From: Utricularia gibba
Taxonomy: Eukaryota > Plantae > Magnoliophyta
Length of the DNA stretch: 32,608 bases
Assembly: GCA_002189035.1 (NCBI GenBank)
Contig: NEEC01000364.1
Span: 1-32,608, forward strand
Reading direction: 5' to 3'
Below, in pieces: positions 13,427-26,000 of the stretch. The notes beneath the pieces are model-generated. The model was not told the DNA's origin. It ran no database searches and worked only from the letters and a program-made list of their open reading frames with translations. How positions within the stretch are numbered: position 1 is the first letter of the stretch; each line of letters opens with the position of its first letter. A program made the position numbers and the translations under genes.

Positions 13427-15293
13427 AAATTACGATGTCACGTGCACCCCACATGATTTTTTCAACAACTTACTTTATACTTGAGCAGGCGGTCTTTGGG
13501 TGCACTTGGAACGGGACAAAAGGTAAGGTTGGCTTGCACGAGAGTTAGTTGTAGTCCGGCAAATAAAGATGTATTTATTATCGTTCGGTTTTCGGGGTGC
13601 CTACATGGTTTTTCAAGGAACCGCTTCTCGTTTTGTGGCGGCCAGTCTCGCTGGGAACTTGGTCCTTGACCCCGATTCTGTATGGCTCATGAGGTCAACT
13701 GGATGCAAATCGATTAAAAAAAATGATGCATTTGTTTAAATTATGATGTCACGTGCACCCCACATGATTTTTTTAACAACTTACTTTATACTTGAGCAGG
13801 CGGTCTTTGGTGCACCTGGAACGGGACAAAGGTAAGGTATGGCTTGCATCGAGAGTTAGTTGTAGTCCGGCAAATAAAGTGATGTATTTATTATCGTTCG
13901 TTTTCGGGGCTGCCTACATGGTTTTTCAAGGAACCGCTTCTCGTTTTGTGGCGGCCAGTCTCGCTGGGAACTTGGTCCTTGACCCCGATTCTGTATGGCT
14001 CATGAGGTCAACTGGATGCAAATCGATTAAAAAAAATGATGCATTTGTTTAAATTATGATGTCACGTGCACCCCACATGATTTTTTCAAACAACTTACTT
14101 TATACTTGAGCAGGCGGTCTTTGGGTGCACCTGGAACGGGACAAAGGTAATGTTTGGCTTGCACCGAGAGTTAGTTGTAGTCCGGCAAATAAAGTGATGT
14201 ATTTATTATCGTTCGTTTTCGGGGCTGCCTACATGGTTTTCAAGGAACCGCTTCTCGTTTTGTGGCGGCCAGTCTCGCTGGGAACTTGGTCCTTGACCCG
14301 ATTCTGTATGGCTCATGAGGTCAACTGGATGCAAATCGATTAAAAAAAATGATGCATTTGTTTAAATTATGATGTCACGTGCACCCCACATGATTTTTTT
14401 CAACAACTTACTTTATACTTGAGCAGGCGGTTTTGGGGCACCTGGAACGGGACAAAGGTAAGTTTGGCTTGCACCGAGAGTTAGTTGTAGTCCGGCAAAT
14501 AAAGTGATGTATTTATTATCGTTCGTTTTTCGGGCTGCCTACATGGTTTTTCAAGGAACCGCTTCTCGTTTTGTGGCGGCCAGTCTCGCTGGGAACTTGG
14601 TCCTTGACCCCGATTCTGTATGGCTCATGAGGTCAACTGGATGCAAATCGATTAAAAAAAATGATGCATTTTTAAATTATGATGTCACGTGCACCCCACA
14701 TGATTTTTTCAACAACTTACTTTATACTTGAGCAGGCGGTCTTTGGGGCACCTGGAACGGGACAAAAGTAAGTTGGCTTGCACCGAGAGTTAGTTGTAGT
14801 CCGGCAATAAAGTGATGTATTTATTATCGTTCGGTTTTCGGGGGCTGCCTACATGGTTTTTCAAGGAACCGCTTCTCGTTTTGTGGCGGCCAGTCTCGCT
14901 GGGAACTTGGTCCTTGACCCGATTCTGTATGGCTCATGAGGTCAACTGGATGCAAATCGATTAAAAAAAATGATGCATTTGTTTAAATTATGATGTCACG
15001 TGCACCCCACATGATTTTTTCAACAACTTACTTTATACTTGAGCAGGCGGTTTGGGCACTGGAACGGGACAAAAGTAATGTTGGCTTGCACCGAGAGTTA
15101 GTTGTAGTCCGGCAAATAAAGTGATGTATTTATTATCGTTCGTTTTTCGGGGGCTGCCTACATGTTTTTTCAAGGAACCGCTTCTCGTTTTGTGGCGGCC
15201 AGTCTCGCTGGGAACTTGGTCCTTGACCCGATTCTGTATGGCTCATGAGGTCAACTGGATGCAAATCGAATAAAAAAAATGATGCATTTGTTT

Positions 15294-15595
15294 AAATTAC
15301 GATGTCAAGTGCACCCCACATGATTTTTAACAACATACTTTATACATGAGGAGGCGGTTTTGGGGCACTTGGAACCGGAAAAAGTCAGCTTAGGCTTGCC
15401 CAAAGTAGTTGTAGCCCGGCAAAAGTGATGTATTTATTAACGTTCGGTTTTCGGTGTTGCCTACATGGTTTTTCAAGGAACAGCTTCTCGTTTTGTGGCG
15501 GCCAGTCTCGCTAGGAACTTGGTCCGGGCCCCGATTCTTTATGGCTCATGAGGACAAAAGGATACAAATCAATGAATACAATGATGCATTTGTTT
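15294..15595 (+). repeat. Divergent B-type monomer (M50), first copy carrying GTCAAGTG
   Basis: Diagnostic set plus GTCAAGTG and CATACTTTATACATGAGG. Confidence 0.9.
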
Positions 15596-18500
15596 AAATT
15601 ACGATATCACGTGCACCCCACATGATTTTTTCAACAACTTACTTTATACTTGAGCAGGCGGTTTTGGTGCACTTGGAACGGGACAAAGGTAAGGTTGGCT
15701 TGCCGAGAGTTAGTTGTAGTCCGGCAAATAAAGTGATGTATTTATTATCGTTCGTTTTCGGGGGCTGCCTACATGGTTTTTCAAGGAACCGCTTCTCGTT
15801 TTGTGGCGGCCAGTCTCGCTGGGAACTTGGTCCTTGACCCCGATTCTGTATGGCTCATGAGGTCAACTGGATGCAAATCGATTAAAAAAAATGATGCATT
15901 TGTTTAAATTATGATGTCACGTGCACCCCACATGATTTTTTCAACAACTTACTTTATACTTGAGCAGGCGGTCTTTGGGTGCACCTGGAACGGACAAAGG
16001 TAAGGTTGGCTTGCATCGAGAGTTAGTTGTAGTCCGGCAAATAAAGTGATGTATTTATTATCGTTCGTTTTCGGGGCTGCCTACATGGTTTTTCAAGGAA
16101 CCGCTTCTCGTTTTGTGGCGGCCAGTCTCGCTGGGAACTTGGTCCTTGACCCCGATTCTGTATGGCTCATGAGGTCAACTGGATGCAAATCGATTAAAAA
16201 AATGATGCATTTGTTTAAATTATGATGTCACGTGCACCCCACATGATTTTTTCAACAACTTACTTTATACTTGAGCAGGCGGTCTTTGGGTGCACCTGGA
16301 ACGGGACAAAGGTAATGTTTGGCTTGCACCGAGAGTTAGTTGTAGTCGGCAAATAAAGTGATGTATTTATTATCGTTCGGTTTTCGGGGGCTGCCTACAT
16401 GGTTTTTCAAGGAACCGCTTCTCGTTTTGTGGCGGCCAGTCTCGCTGGGAACTTGGTCCTTGACCCCGATTCTGTATGGCTCATGAGGTCAACTGGATGC
16501 AAATCGATTAAAAAAAATGATGCATTTGTTTAAATTATGATGTCACGTGCACCCCACATGATTTTTTCAACAACTTACTTTATACTTGAGCAGGGTCTTT
16601 GGGTGCACCTGGAACGGGACAAAGGTAATGTTTGGCTTGCACCGAGAGTTAGTTGTAGTCCGGCAAATAAAGTGATGTATTTATTATCGTTCGTTTTCGG
16701 GGGCTGCCTACATGGTTTTTCAAGGAACCGCTTCTCGTTTTGTGGCGGCCAGTCTCGCTGGAACTTGGTCCTTGACCCCGATTCTGTATGGCTCATGAGG
16801 TCAACTGGATGCAAATCGATTAAAAAAAATGATGCATTTGTTTAAATTATGATGTCACGTGCACCCCACATGATTTTTTCAACAACTTACTTTATACTTG
16901 AGCAGGCGGTCTTGGGGGCATGGAACGGACAAAAGTAAGTAGGCTTGCACCGAGAGTTAGTTGTAGTCCGGCAAATAAAGTGATGTATTTATTATCGTTC
17001 GGTTTTCGGGGCTGCCTACATTTTTCAAGGAACCGCTTCTCGTTTTGTGGCGGCCAGTCTCGCTGGGAACTTGGTCCTTGACCCGATTCTGTATGGCTCA
17101 TGAGGTCAACTGGATGCAAATCGATTAAAAAAAATGATGCATTTGTTTAAATTATGATGTCACGTGCACCCCACATGATTTTTCAACAACTTACTTTATA
17201 CTTGAGCAGGCGGTCTTTGGGTGCACCTGGAACGGGACAAAGGTAAGTTTGGCTTGCACCGAGAGTTAGTTGTAGTCCGGCAAATAAAGTGATGTATTTA
17301 TTATCGTTCGTTTTCGGGGGCTGCCTACATGGTTTTTCAAGGAACCGCTTCTCGTTTGTGGCGGCCAGTCTCGCTGGGAACTTGGTCCTTGACCCCGATT
17401 CTGTATGGCTCATGAGGTCAACTGGATGCAAATCGATTAAAAAAAATGATGCATTTGTTTAAATTATGATGTCACGTGCACCCCACATGATTTTTTCAAC
17501 AACTTACTTTATACTTGAGCAGGCGGTCTTTGGGTGCACCTGGAACGGGACAAAGGTAAGTTTGGCTTGCACCGAGAGTTAGTTGTAGTCCGGCAAATAA
17601 AGTGATGTATTTATTATCGTTCGTTTTCGGGGGCTGCCTACATGGTTTTCAAGGAACCGCTTCTCGTTTTGTGGCGGCCAGTCTCGCTGGAACTTGGTCC
17701 TTGACCCCGATTCTGTATGGCTCATGAGGTCAACTGGATGCAAATCGATTAAAAAAAATGATGCATTTGTTTAAATTATGATGTCACGTGCACCCCACAT
17801 GATTTTTTCAACAACTTACTTTATACTTGAGCAGGCGGTCTTTGGGTGCACCTGGAACGGGACAAAGGTAATGTTTGGCTTGCACCGAGAGTTAGTTGTA
17901 GTCCGGCAAATAAAGTGATGTATTTATTATCGTTCGTTTTCGGGGCTGCCTACATGGTTTTTCAAGGAACCGCTTCTCGTTTTGTGGCGGCCAGTCTCGC
18001 TGGGAACTTGGTCCTTGACCCGATTCTGTATGGCTCATGAGGTCAACTGGATGCAAATCGATTAAAAAAAATGATGCATTGTTTAAATTATGATGTCACG
18101 TGCACCCCACATGATTTTTTCAACAACTTACTTTATACTTGAGCAGGCGGTCTTTGGGTGCACCTGGAACGGGACAAAGGTAATGTTTGGCTTGCACCGA
18201 GAGTTAGTTGTAGTCCGGCAAATAAAGTGATGTATTTATTATCGTTCGTTTTCGGGGCTGCCTACATGGTTTTTCAAGGAACCGCTTCTCGTTTTTGGCG
18301 GCCAGTCTCGCTGGGAACTTGGTCCTTGACCCCGATTCTGTATGGCTCATGAGGTCAACTGGATGCAAATCGATTAAAAAAAATGATGCATTTGTTTAAA
18401 TTATGATGTCACGTGCACCCCACATGATTTTTTAACAACTTACTTTATACTTGAGCAGGCGGTCTTCGGACAAAAGTTTGGCTTGCACCGAGAGTTAGTT

Positions 18501-18999
18501 GTAGTCCGGCAAATAAAGTGATGTATTTATTATCGTTCGTTTTCGGGGGCTGCCTACATGGTTTTTCAAGGAACCGCTTCTCGTTTTGTGGCGGCCAGTC
18601 TCGCTGGGAACTTGGTCCTTGACCCGATTCTGTATGGCTCATGAGGTCAACTGGATGCAAATCGATTAAAAAAAATGATGCATTTGTTTAAATTATGATG
18701 TCACGTGCACCCCACATGATTTTTTCAACAACTTACTTTATACTTGAGCAGGCGGTCTTTGGGTGCACCTGGAACGGACAAAGGTAATGTTTGGCTTGCA
18801 CCGAGAGTTAGTTGTAGTCCGGCAAATAAAGTGATGTATTTATTATCGTTCGTTTTCGGGGGCTGCCTACATGGTTTTTCAAGGAACCGCTTCTCGTTTT
18901 TTGGCGGCCAGTCTCGCTGGGAACTTGGTCCTTGACCCATTCTGTCGCTCATGAGGTCAACTGGATGCAAATCGAATAAAAAAAATGATGCATTTGTTT

Positions 19000-19309
19000 A
19001 AATTACGATGTCAAGTGCACCCCACATGATTTTTTAACAACATACTTTATACATGAGGAGGCGGTTTTGGGGGGCACTTGGAACCGGAAAAAGATCAGCT
19101 TAGGCTTGCCCAAAGTAAGTTGTAGCCCGGCAAAGAAAGTGATGTATTTATTAACGTTCGGTTTTCGGTGTTGCCTACATGGTTTTTCAAGGAACAGCTT
19201 CTCGTTTTGTGGCGGCCAGTCTCGCTAGGAACTTGGTCCGGGCCCCGATTCTTTATGGCTCATGAGGACAAAAGGATACAAATCAATGAATACAATGATG
19301 CATTTGTTT
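19000..19309 (+). repeat. Divergent B-type monomer (M62), cleanest B reference
   Basis: Manual alignment to 30188-30502 gives about 40 substitutions/indels (about 13%). Confidence 0.92.
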
Positions 19310-21179
19310 AAATTACGATATCACGTGCACCCCACATGATTTTTTCAACAACTTACTTTATACTTGAGCAGGCGGTTTGGGTGCACTTGGAACGGGACAA
19401 AGGTAAGGTATGGCTTGCATCGAGAGTTAGTTGTAGTCCGGCAAATAAAAAGATGTATTTATTATCGTTCGTTTTCGGGGGCTGCCTACATGGTTTTTCA
19501 AGGAACCGCTTCTCGTTTTGTGGCGGCCAGTCTCGCTGGGAACTTGGTCCTTGACCCCGATTCTGTATGGCTCATGAGGTCAACTGGATGCAAATCGATT
19601 AAAAAAAATGATGCATTTGTTTAAATTATGATGTCACGTGCACCCCACATGATTTTTTCAACAACTTACTTTATACTTGAGCAGGCGGTCTTTGGGTGCA
19701 CCTGGAACGGACAAAGGTAAGTTGGCTTGCACCGAGAGTTAGTTGTAGTCCGGCAAATAAAGTGATGTATTTATTATCGTTCGTTTTCGGGCTGCTGCCA
19801 TGTTTTTTCAAGGAACCGCTTCTCGTTTTGTGGCGGCCAGTCTCGCTGGGAACTTGGTCCTTGACCCCGATTCTGTATGGCTCATGAGGTCAACTGGATG
19901 CAAATCGATTAAAAAAAATGATGCATTTGTTTAAATTATGATGTCACGTGCACCCCACATGATTTTTTCAACAACTTACTTTATACTTGAGCAGGCGGTC
20001 TTTGGGTGCACCTGGAACGGGACAAAGGTAATGTTTGGCTTGCACCGAGAGTTAGTTGTAGTCCGGCAAATAAAGTGATGTATTTATTATCGTTCGGTTT
20101 TCGGGGGCTGCCTACATGGTTTTTCAAGGAACCGCTTCTCGTTTTGTGGCGGCCAGTCTCGCTGGGAACTTGGTCCTTGACCCGATTCTGTATGGCTCAT
20201 GAGGTCAACTGGATGCAAATCGATTAAAAAAAATGATGCATTTGTTTAAATTATGATGTCACGTGCACCCCACATGATTTTTTCAACAACTTACTTTACT
20301 TGAGCAGGCGGTCTTTGGGTGCACCTGGAACGGGACAAAGGTAATGTTTGGCTTGCACGAGAGTTAGTTGTAGTCCGGCAAATAAAGTGATGTATTTATT
20401 ATCGTTCGTTTTCGGGGGCTGCCTACATGGTTTTTCAAGGAACCGCTTCTCGTTTTGTGGCGGCCAGTCTCGCTGGGAACTTGGTCCTTGACCCCGATTC
20501 TGTATGGCTCATGAGGTCAACTGGATGCAAATCGAAAAAAAATGATGCATTTATTTAAATTATGATGTCACGTGCACCCCACATGTTTTTTTAACAACTT
20601 ACTTTATACTTGAGCAGCGGTTTGGGGGGAAGGAACGGACAAAAGTCAGCTTAGGCTTGCACCGAGAGTTAGTTGTAGTCCGGCAAATAAAGTGATGTAT
20701 TTATTATCGTTCGGTTTTCGGGGGCTGCCTACATGTTTTTCAAGGAACCGCTTCTCGTTTTGTGGCGGCCAGTCTCGCTGGGAACTTGGTCCTTGACCCG
20801 ATTCTGTATGGCTCATGAGGTCAACTGGATGCAAATCGATTAAAAAAAATGATGCATTTGTTTAAATTATGATGTCACGTGCACCCCACATGATTTTTTC
20901 AACAACTTACTTTATACTTGAGCAGGCGGTCTTTGGGTGCACCTGGAACGGGACAAAGGTAATGTTTGGCTTGCACCGAGAGTTAGTTGTAGTCCGGCAA
21001 ATAAAGTGATGTATTTATTATCGTTCGTTTTTCGGGGGCTGCCTACATGGTTTTTCAAGGAACCGCTTCTCGTTTTGTGGCGGCCAGTCTCGCTGGGAAC
21101 TTGGTCCTTGACCCCATTTCTGTCTTGCTCATGAGGTCAACTGGATGCAAATCGAATAAAAAAAATGATGCATTTGTTT

Positions 21180-21490
21180 AAATTACGATGTCAAGTGCAC
21201 CCCACATGATTTTTTTAACAACATACTTTATACATGAGGAGGCGGTTTTGGGGGCACTTGGAACCGGAAAAAGATCAGCTTAGGCCTTGGCCCAAAGTAA
21301 GTTGTAGCCCGGCAAAGAAAGTGATGTATTTATTAACGTTCGGTTTTCGGTGTTGCCTACATGGTTTTTCAAGGAACAGCTTCTCGTTTTGTGGCGGCCA
21401 GTCTCGCTAGGAACTTGGTCCGGCCCGCGATTCTTATGGCTCATGAGGACAAAAGGATACAAATCAATGAATACAATGATGCATTTGTTT
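21180..21490 (+). repeat. Divergent B-type monomer (M69)
   Basis: Diagnostic set plus GTCAAGTG. Confidence 0.9.
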
Positions 21491-22723
21491 AAATTACGAT
21501 ATCACGTGCACCCCACATGATTTTTTCAACAACTTACTTTATACTTGAGCAGGCGGTCTTTGGGTGCACCTGGAACGGGACAAAGGTAAGGTTGGCTTGC
21601 ATCGAGAGTTAGTTGTAGTCCGGCAAAAAAAAGTGATGTATTTATTATCGTTCGGTTTTCGGGGGCTGCCTACATGGTTTTTCAAGGAACCGCTTCTCGT
21701 TTTGTGGCGGCCAGTCTCGCTGGGAACTTGGTCCTTGACCCGATTCTGTATGGCTCATGAGGTCAACTGGATGCAAATCGATTAAAAAAAATGATGCATT
21801 TGTTTAAATTATGATGTCACGTGCACCCCACATTTTTTCAACAACTTACTTTATACTTGAGCAGGCGGTCTTGGGGTGCACCTGGAACGGACAAAGTAAG
21901 GTTGGCTTGCACCGAGAGTTAGTTGTAGTCCGGCAAATAAAGTGATGTATTTATTATCGTTCGTTTTCGGGGCTGCCTACATGGTTTTTCAAGGAACCGC
22001 TTCTCGTTTTGTGGCGGCCAGTCTCGCTGGGAACTTGGTCCTTGACCCCGATTCTGTATGGCTCATGAGGTCAACTGGATGCAAATCGATTAAAAAAATG
22101 ATGCATTTATTTAAATTATGATGTCACGTGCACCCCACATGTTTTTTTAACAACTTACTTTATACTTGAGCAGGCGGTCTTAGGAACCGGACAAAGTTTA
22201 GGCTTGCACGAGAGTTAGTTGTAGTCCGGCAAATAAAGTGATGTATTTATTATCGTTCGGTTTTCGGGGCTGCCTACATGTTTTTTCAAGGAACCGCTTC
22301 TCGTTTTGTGGCGGCCAGTCTCGCTGGGAACTTGGTCCTTGACCCGATTCTGTATGGCTCATGAGGTCAACTGGATGCAAATCGATTAAAAAAAATGATG
22401 CATTTGTTTAAATTATGATGTCACGTGCACCCCACATGATTTTTTCAACAACTTACTTTATACTTGAGCAGGCGGTCTTTGGGTGCACCTGGAACGGGAC
22501 AAAGGTAATGTTTGGCTTGCACCGAGAGTTAGTTGTAGTCCGGCAAATAAAGTGATGTATTTATTATCGTTCGTTTTCGGGGGCTGCCTACATGGTTTTC
22601 AAGGAACCGCTTCTCGTTTTTTGGCGGCCAGTCTCGCTGGGAACTTGGTCCTTGACCCCATTTCTGTCTTGCTCATGAGGTCAACTGGATGCAAATCGAA
22701 TAAAAAAAATGATGCATTTGTTT

Positions 22724-23026
22724 AAATTACGATGTCAAGTGCACCCCACATGATTTTTTAACAACATACTTTATACATGAGGAGGCGGTTTTTGGGGGCA
22801 CTTGGAACCGGAAAAAGTCAGCTTAGGCTTGCCCAAAGTAGTTGTAGCCCGGCAAAGAAAGTGATGTATTTATTAACGTTCGGTTTTCGGGGCTGCCTAC
22901 ATGGTTTTCAAGGAACGCTTCTCGTTTTGTGGCGGCCAGTCTCGCTAGGAACTTGGTCCGGGCCCGATTCTTTATGGCTCATGAGGACAAAAGGATGCAA
23001 ATCAATGAAAAATGATGCATTTGTTT
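22724..23026 (+). repeat. Divergent B-type monomer (M74)
   Basis: Diagnostic set plus GTCAAGTG; A-like around CGGGGCTGCC. Confidence 0.85.
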
Positions 23027-26000
23027 AAATTATGATATCACGTGCACCCCACATGATTTTTTCAACAACTTACTTTATACTTGAGCAGGCGGTCTTTGGG
23101 TGCACCTGGAACGGGACAAAGTAATGTTTGGCTTGCACCGAGAGTTAGTTGTAGTCCGGCAAATAAAGTGATGTATTTATTATCGTTCGTTTTCGGGGGC
23201 TGCCTACATGGTTTTTCAAGGAACCGCTTCTCGTTTTGTGGCGGCCAGTCTCGCTGGGAACTTGGTCCTTGACCCCGATTCTGTATGGCTCATGAGGTCA
23301 ACTGGATGCAAATCGATAAAAAAAATGATGCATTTGTTTAAATTATGATGTCACGTGCACCCCACATGATTTTTTCAACAACTTACTTTATACTTGAGCA
23401 GGCGGTCTTTTGGTGCACCTGGAACGGGACAAAGGTAATGTTTGGCTTGCACCGAGAGTTAGTTGTAGTCCGGCAAATAAAGTGATGTATTTATTATCGT
23501 TCGTTTTCGGGGCTGCCTACATGGTTTTTCAAGGAAACGCTTCTCGTTTTGTGGCGGCCAGTCTCGCTGGAACTTGGTCCTTGACCCCGATTCTGTATGG
23601 CTCATGAGGTCAACTGGATGCAAATCGATTAAAAAAAATGATGCATTTGTTTAAATTATGTCACGTGCACCCCACATGATTTTTTCAACAACTTACTTTA
23701 TACTTGAGCAGGCGGTTTGGGTGCACTGGAACGGACAAAGGTAAGTTGGCTTGCATCGAGAGTTAGTTGTAGTCCGGCAAATAAAGTGATGTATTTATTA
23801 TCGTTCGTTTTCGGGGGCTGCCTACATGGTTTTTCAAGAACCGCTTCTCGTTTTGTGGCGGCCAGTCTCGCTGGGAACTTGGTCCTTGACCCCGATTCTG
23901 TATGGCTCATGAGGTCAACTGGATGCAAATCGATAAAAAAAATGATGCATTTGTTTAAATTATGATGTCACGTGCACCCCACATGATTTTTTCAACAACT
24001 TACTTTATACTTGAGCAGGCGGTCTTTGGGTGCACTGGAACGGGACAAAGGTAATGTTTGGCTTGCACCGAGAGTTAGTTGTAGTCCGGCAAATAAAGTG
24101 ATGTATTTATTATCGTTCGGTTTTCGGGGGCTGCCTACATGGTTTTTCAAGGAACCGCTTCTCGTTTTGTGGCGGCCAGTCTCGCTGGGAACTTGGTCCT
24201 TGACCCCGATTCTGTATGGCTCATGAGGTCAACTGGATGCAAATCGATTAAAAAAAATGATGCATTTGTTTAAATTATGATGTCACGTGCACCCCACATG
24301 ATTTTTTTAACAACTTACTTTATACTTGAGCAGGCGGTCTTGGGGGGAAAGGAACGGACAAAGTAAGCTTAGGCTTGCACCGAGAGTTAGTTGTAGTCCG
24401 GCAAATAAAGTGATGTATTTATTATCGTTCGGTTTTCGGGGCTGCCTACATGGTTTTTCAAGGAACCGCTTCTCGTTTTGTGGCGGCCAGTCTCGCTGGG
24501 AACTTGGTCCTTGACCCGATTCTGTATGGCTCATGAGGTCAACTGGATGCAAATCGATTAAAAAAAATGATGCATTTGTTTAAATTATGATGTCACGTGC
24601 ACCCCACATGATTTTTTCAACAACTTACTTATACTTGAGCAGCGGTCTTTGAGCAGGCGGTCTTTGGGTGCACCTGGAACGGGACAAAGGTAAGGTTTGG
24701 CTTGCACCGAGAGTTAGTTGTAGTCCGGCAAATAAAGTGATGTATTTATTATCGTTCGTTTTCGGGGCTGCCTACATGGTTTTTCAAGGAACCGCTTCTC
24801 GTTTTGTGGCGGCCAGTCTCGCTGGGAACTTGGTCCTTGCCCCGATTCTGTATGGCTCATGAGGTCAACTGGATGCAAATCGATAAAAAAAATGATGCAT
24901 TTGTTTAAATTATGATGTCACGTGCACCCACATGATTTTTTCAACAACTTACTTTATACTTGAGCAGGCGGTCTTTGGGTGCACTTGGAACGGGACAAAG
25001 GTAAGGTGGCTTGCACGAGAGTTAGTTGTAGTCCGGCAAATAAAGTGATGTATTTATTATCGTTCGTTTTTTCGGGGGCTGCCTACATGGTTTTTCAAGG
25101 AACCGCTTCTCGTTTTGTGGCGGCCAGTCTCGCTGGGAACTTGGTCCTTGACCCCGATTCTGTATGGCTCATGAGGTCAACTGGATGCAAATCGATTAAA
25201 AAAAATGATGCATTTGTTTAAATTATGATGTCACGTGCACCCCACATGATTTTTTCAACAACTTACTTTATACTTGAGCAGGCGGTCTTTGGGTGCACCT
25301 GGAACGGGACAAAGGTAATGTTTGGCTTGCACGAGAGTTAGTTGTAGTCCGGCAAATAAAGTGATGTATTTATTATCGTTCGGTTTTCGGGGGCTGCCTA
25401 CATGGTTTTTCAAGGAACCGCTTCTCGTTTTGTGGCGGCCAGTCTCGCTGGGAACTTGGTCCTTGACCCGATTCTGTATGGCTCATGAGGTCAACTGGAT
25501 GCAAATCGATTAAAAAAAATGATGCATTTGTTTAAATTATGATGTCACGTGCACCCCACATGATTTTTTCAACAACTTACTTTATACTTGAGCAGGCGGT
25601 CTTTGGGTGCACCTGGAACGGGACAAAGGTAAGTTTGGCTTGCACCGAGAGTTAGTTGTAGTCCGGCAAATAAAGTGATGTATTTATTATCGTTCGGTTT
25701 TCGGGGGCTGCCTACATGGTTTTTCAAGGAACCGCTTCTCGTTTTGTGGCGGCCAGTCTCGCTGGGAACTTGGTCCTTGACCCGATTCTGTATGGCTCAT
25801 GAGGTCAACTGGATGCAAATCGATTAAAAAAAATGATGCATTTGTTTAAATTATGATGTCACGTGCACCCACATGATTTTTTCAACAACTTACTTTATAC
25901 TTGAGCAGGCGGTCTTTGGGTGCACCTGGAACGGGACAAAGGTAATGTTTGGCTTGCACCGAGAGTTAGTTGTAGTCCGGCAAATAAAGTGATGTATTTA

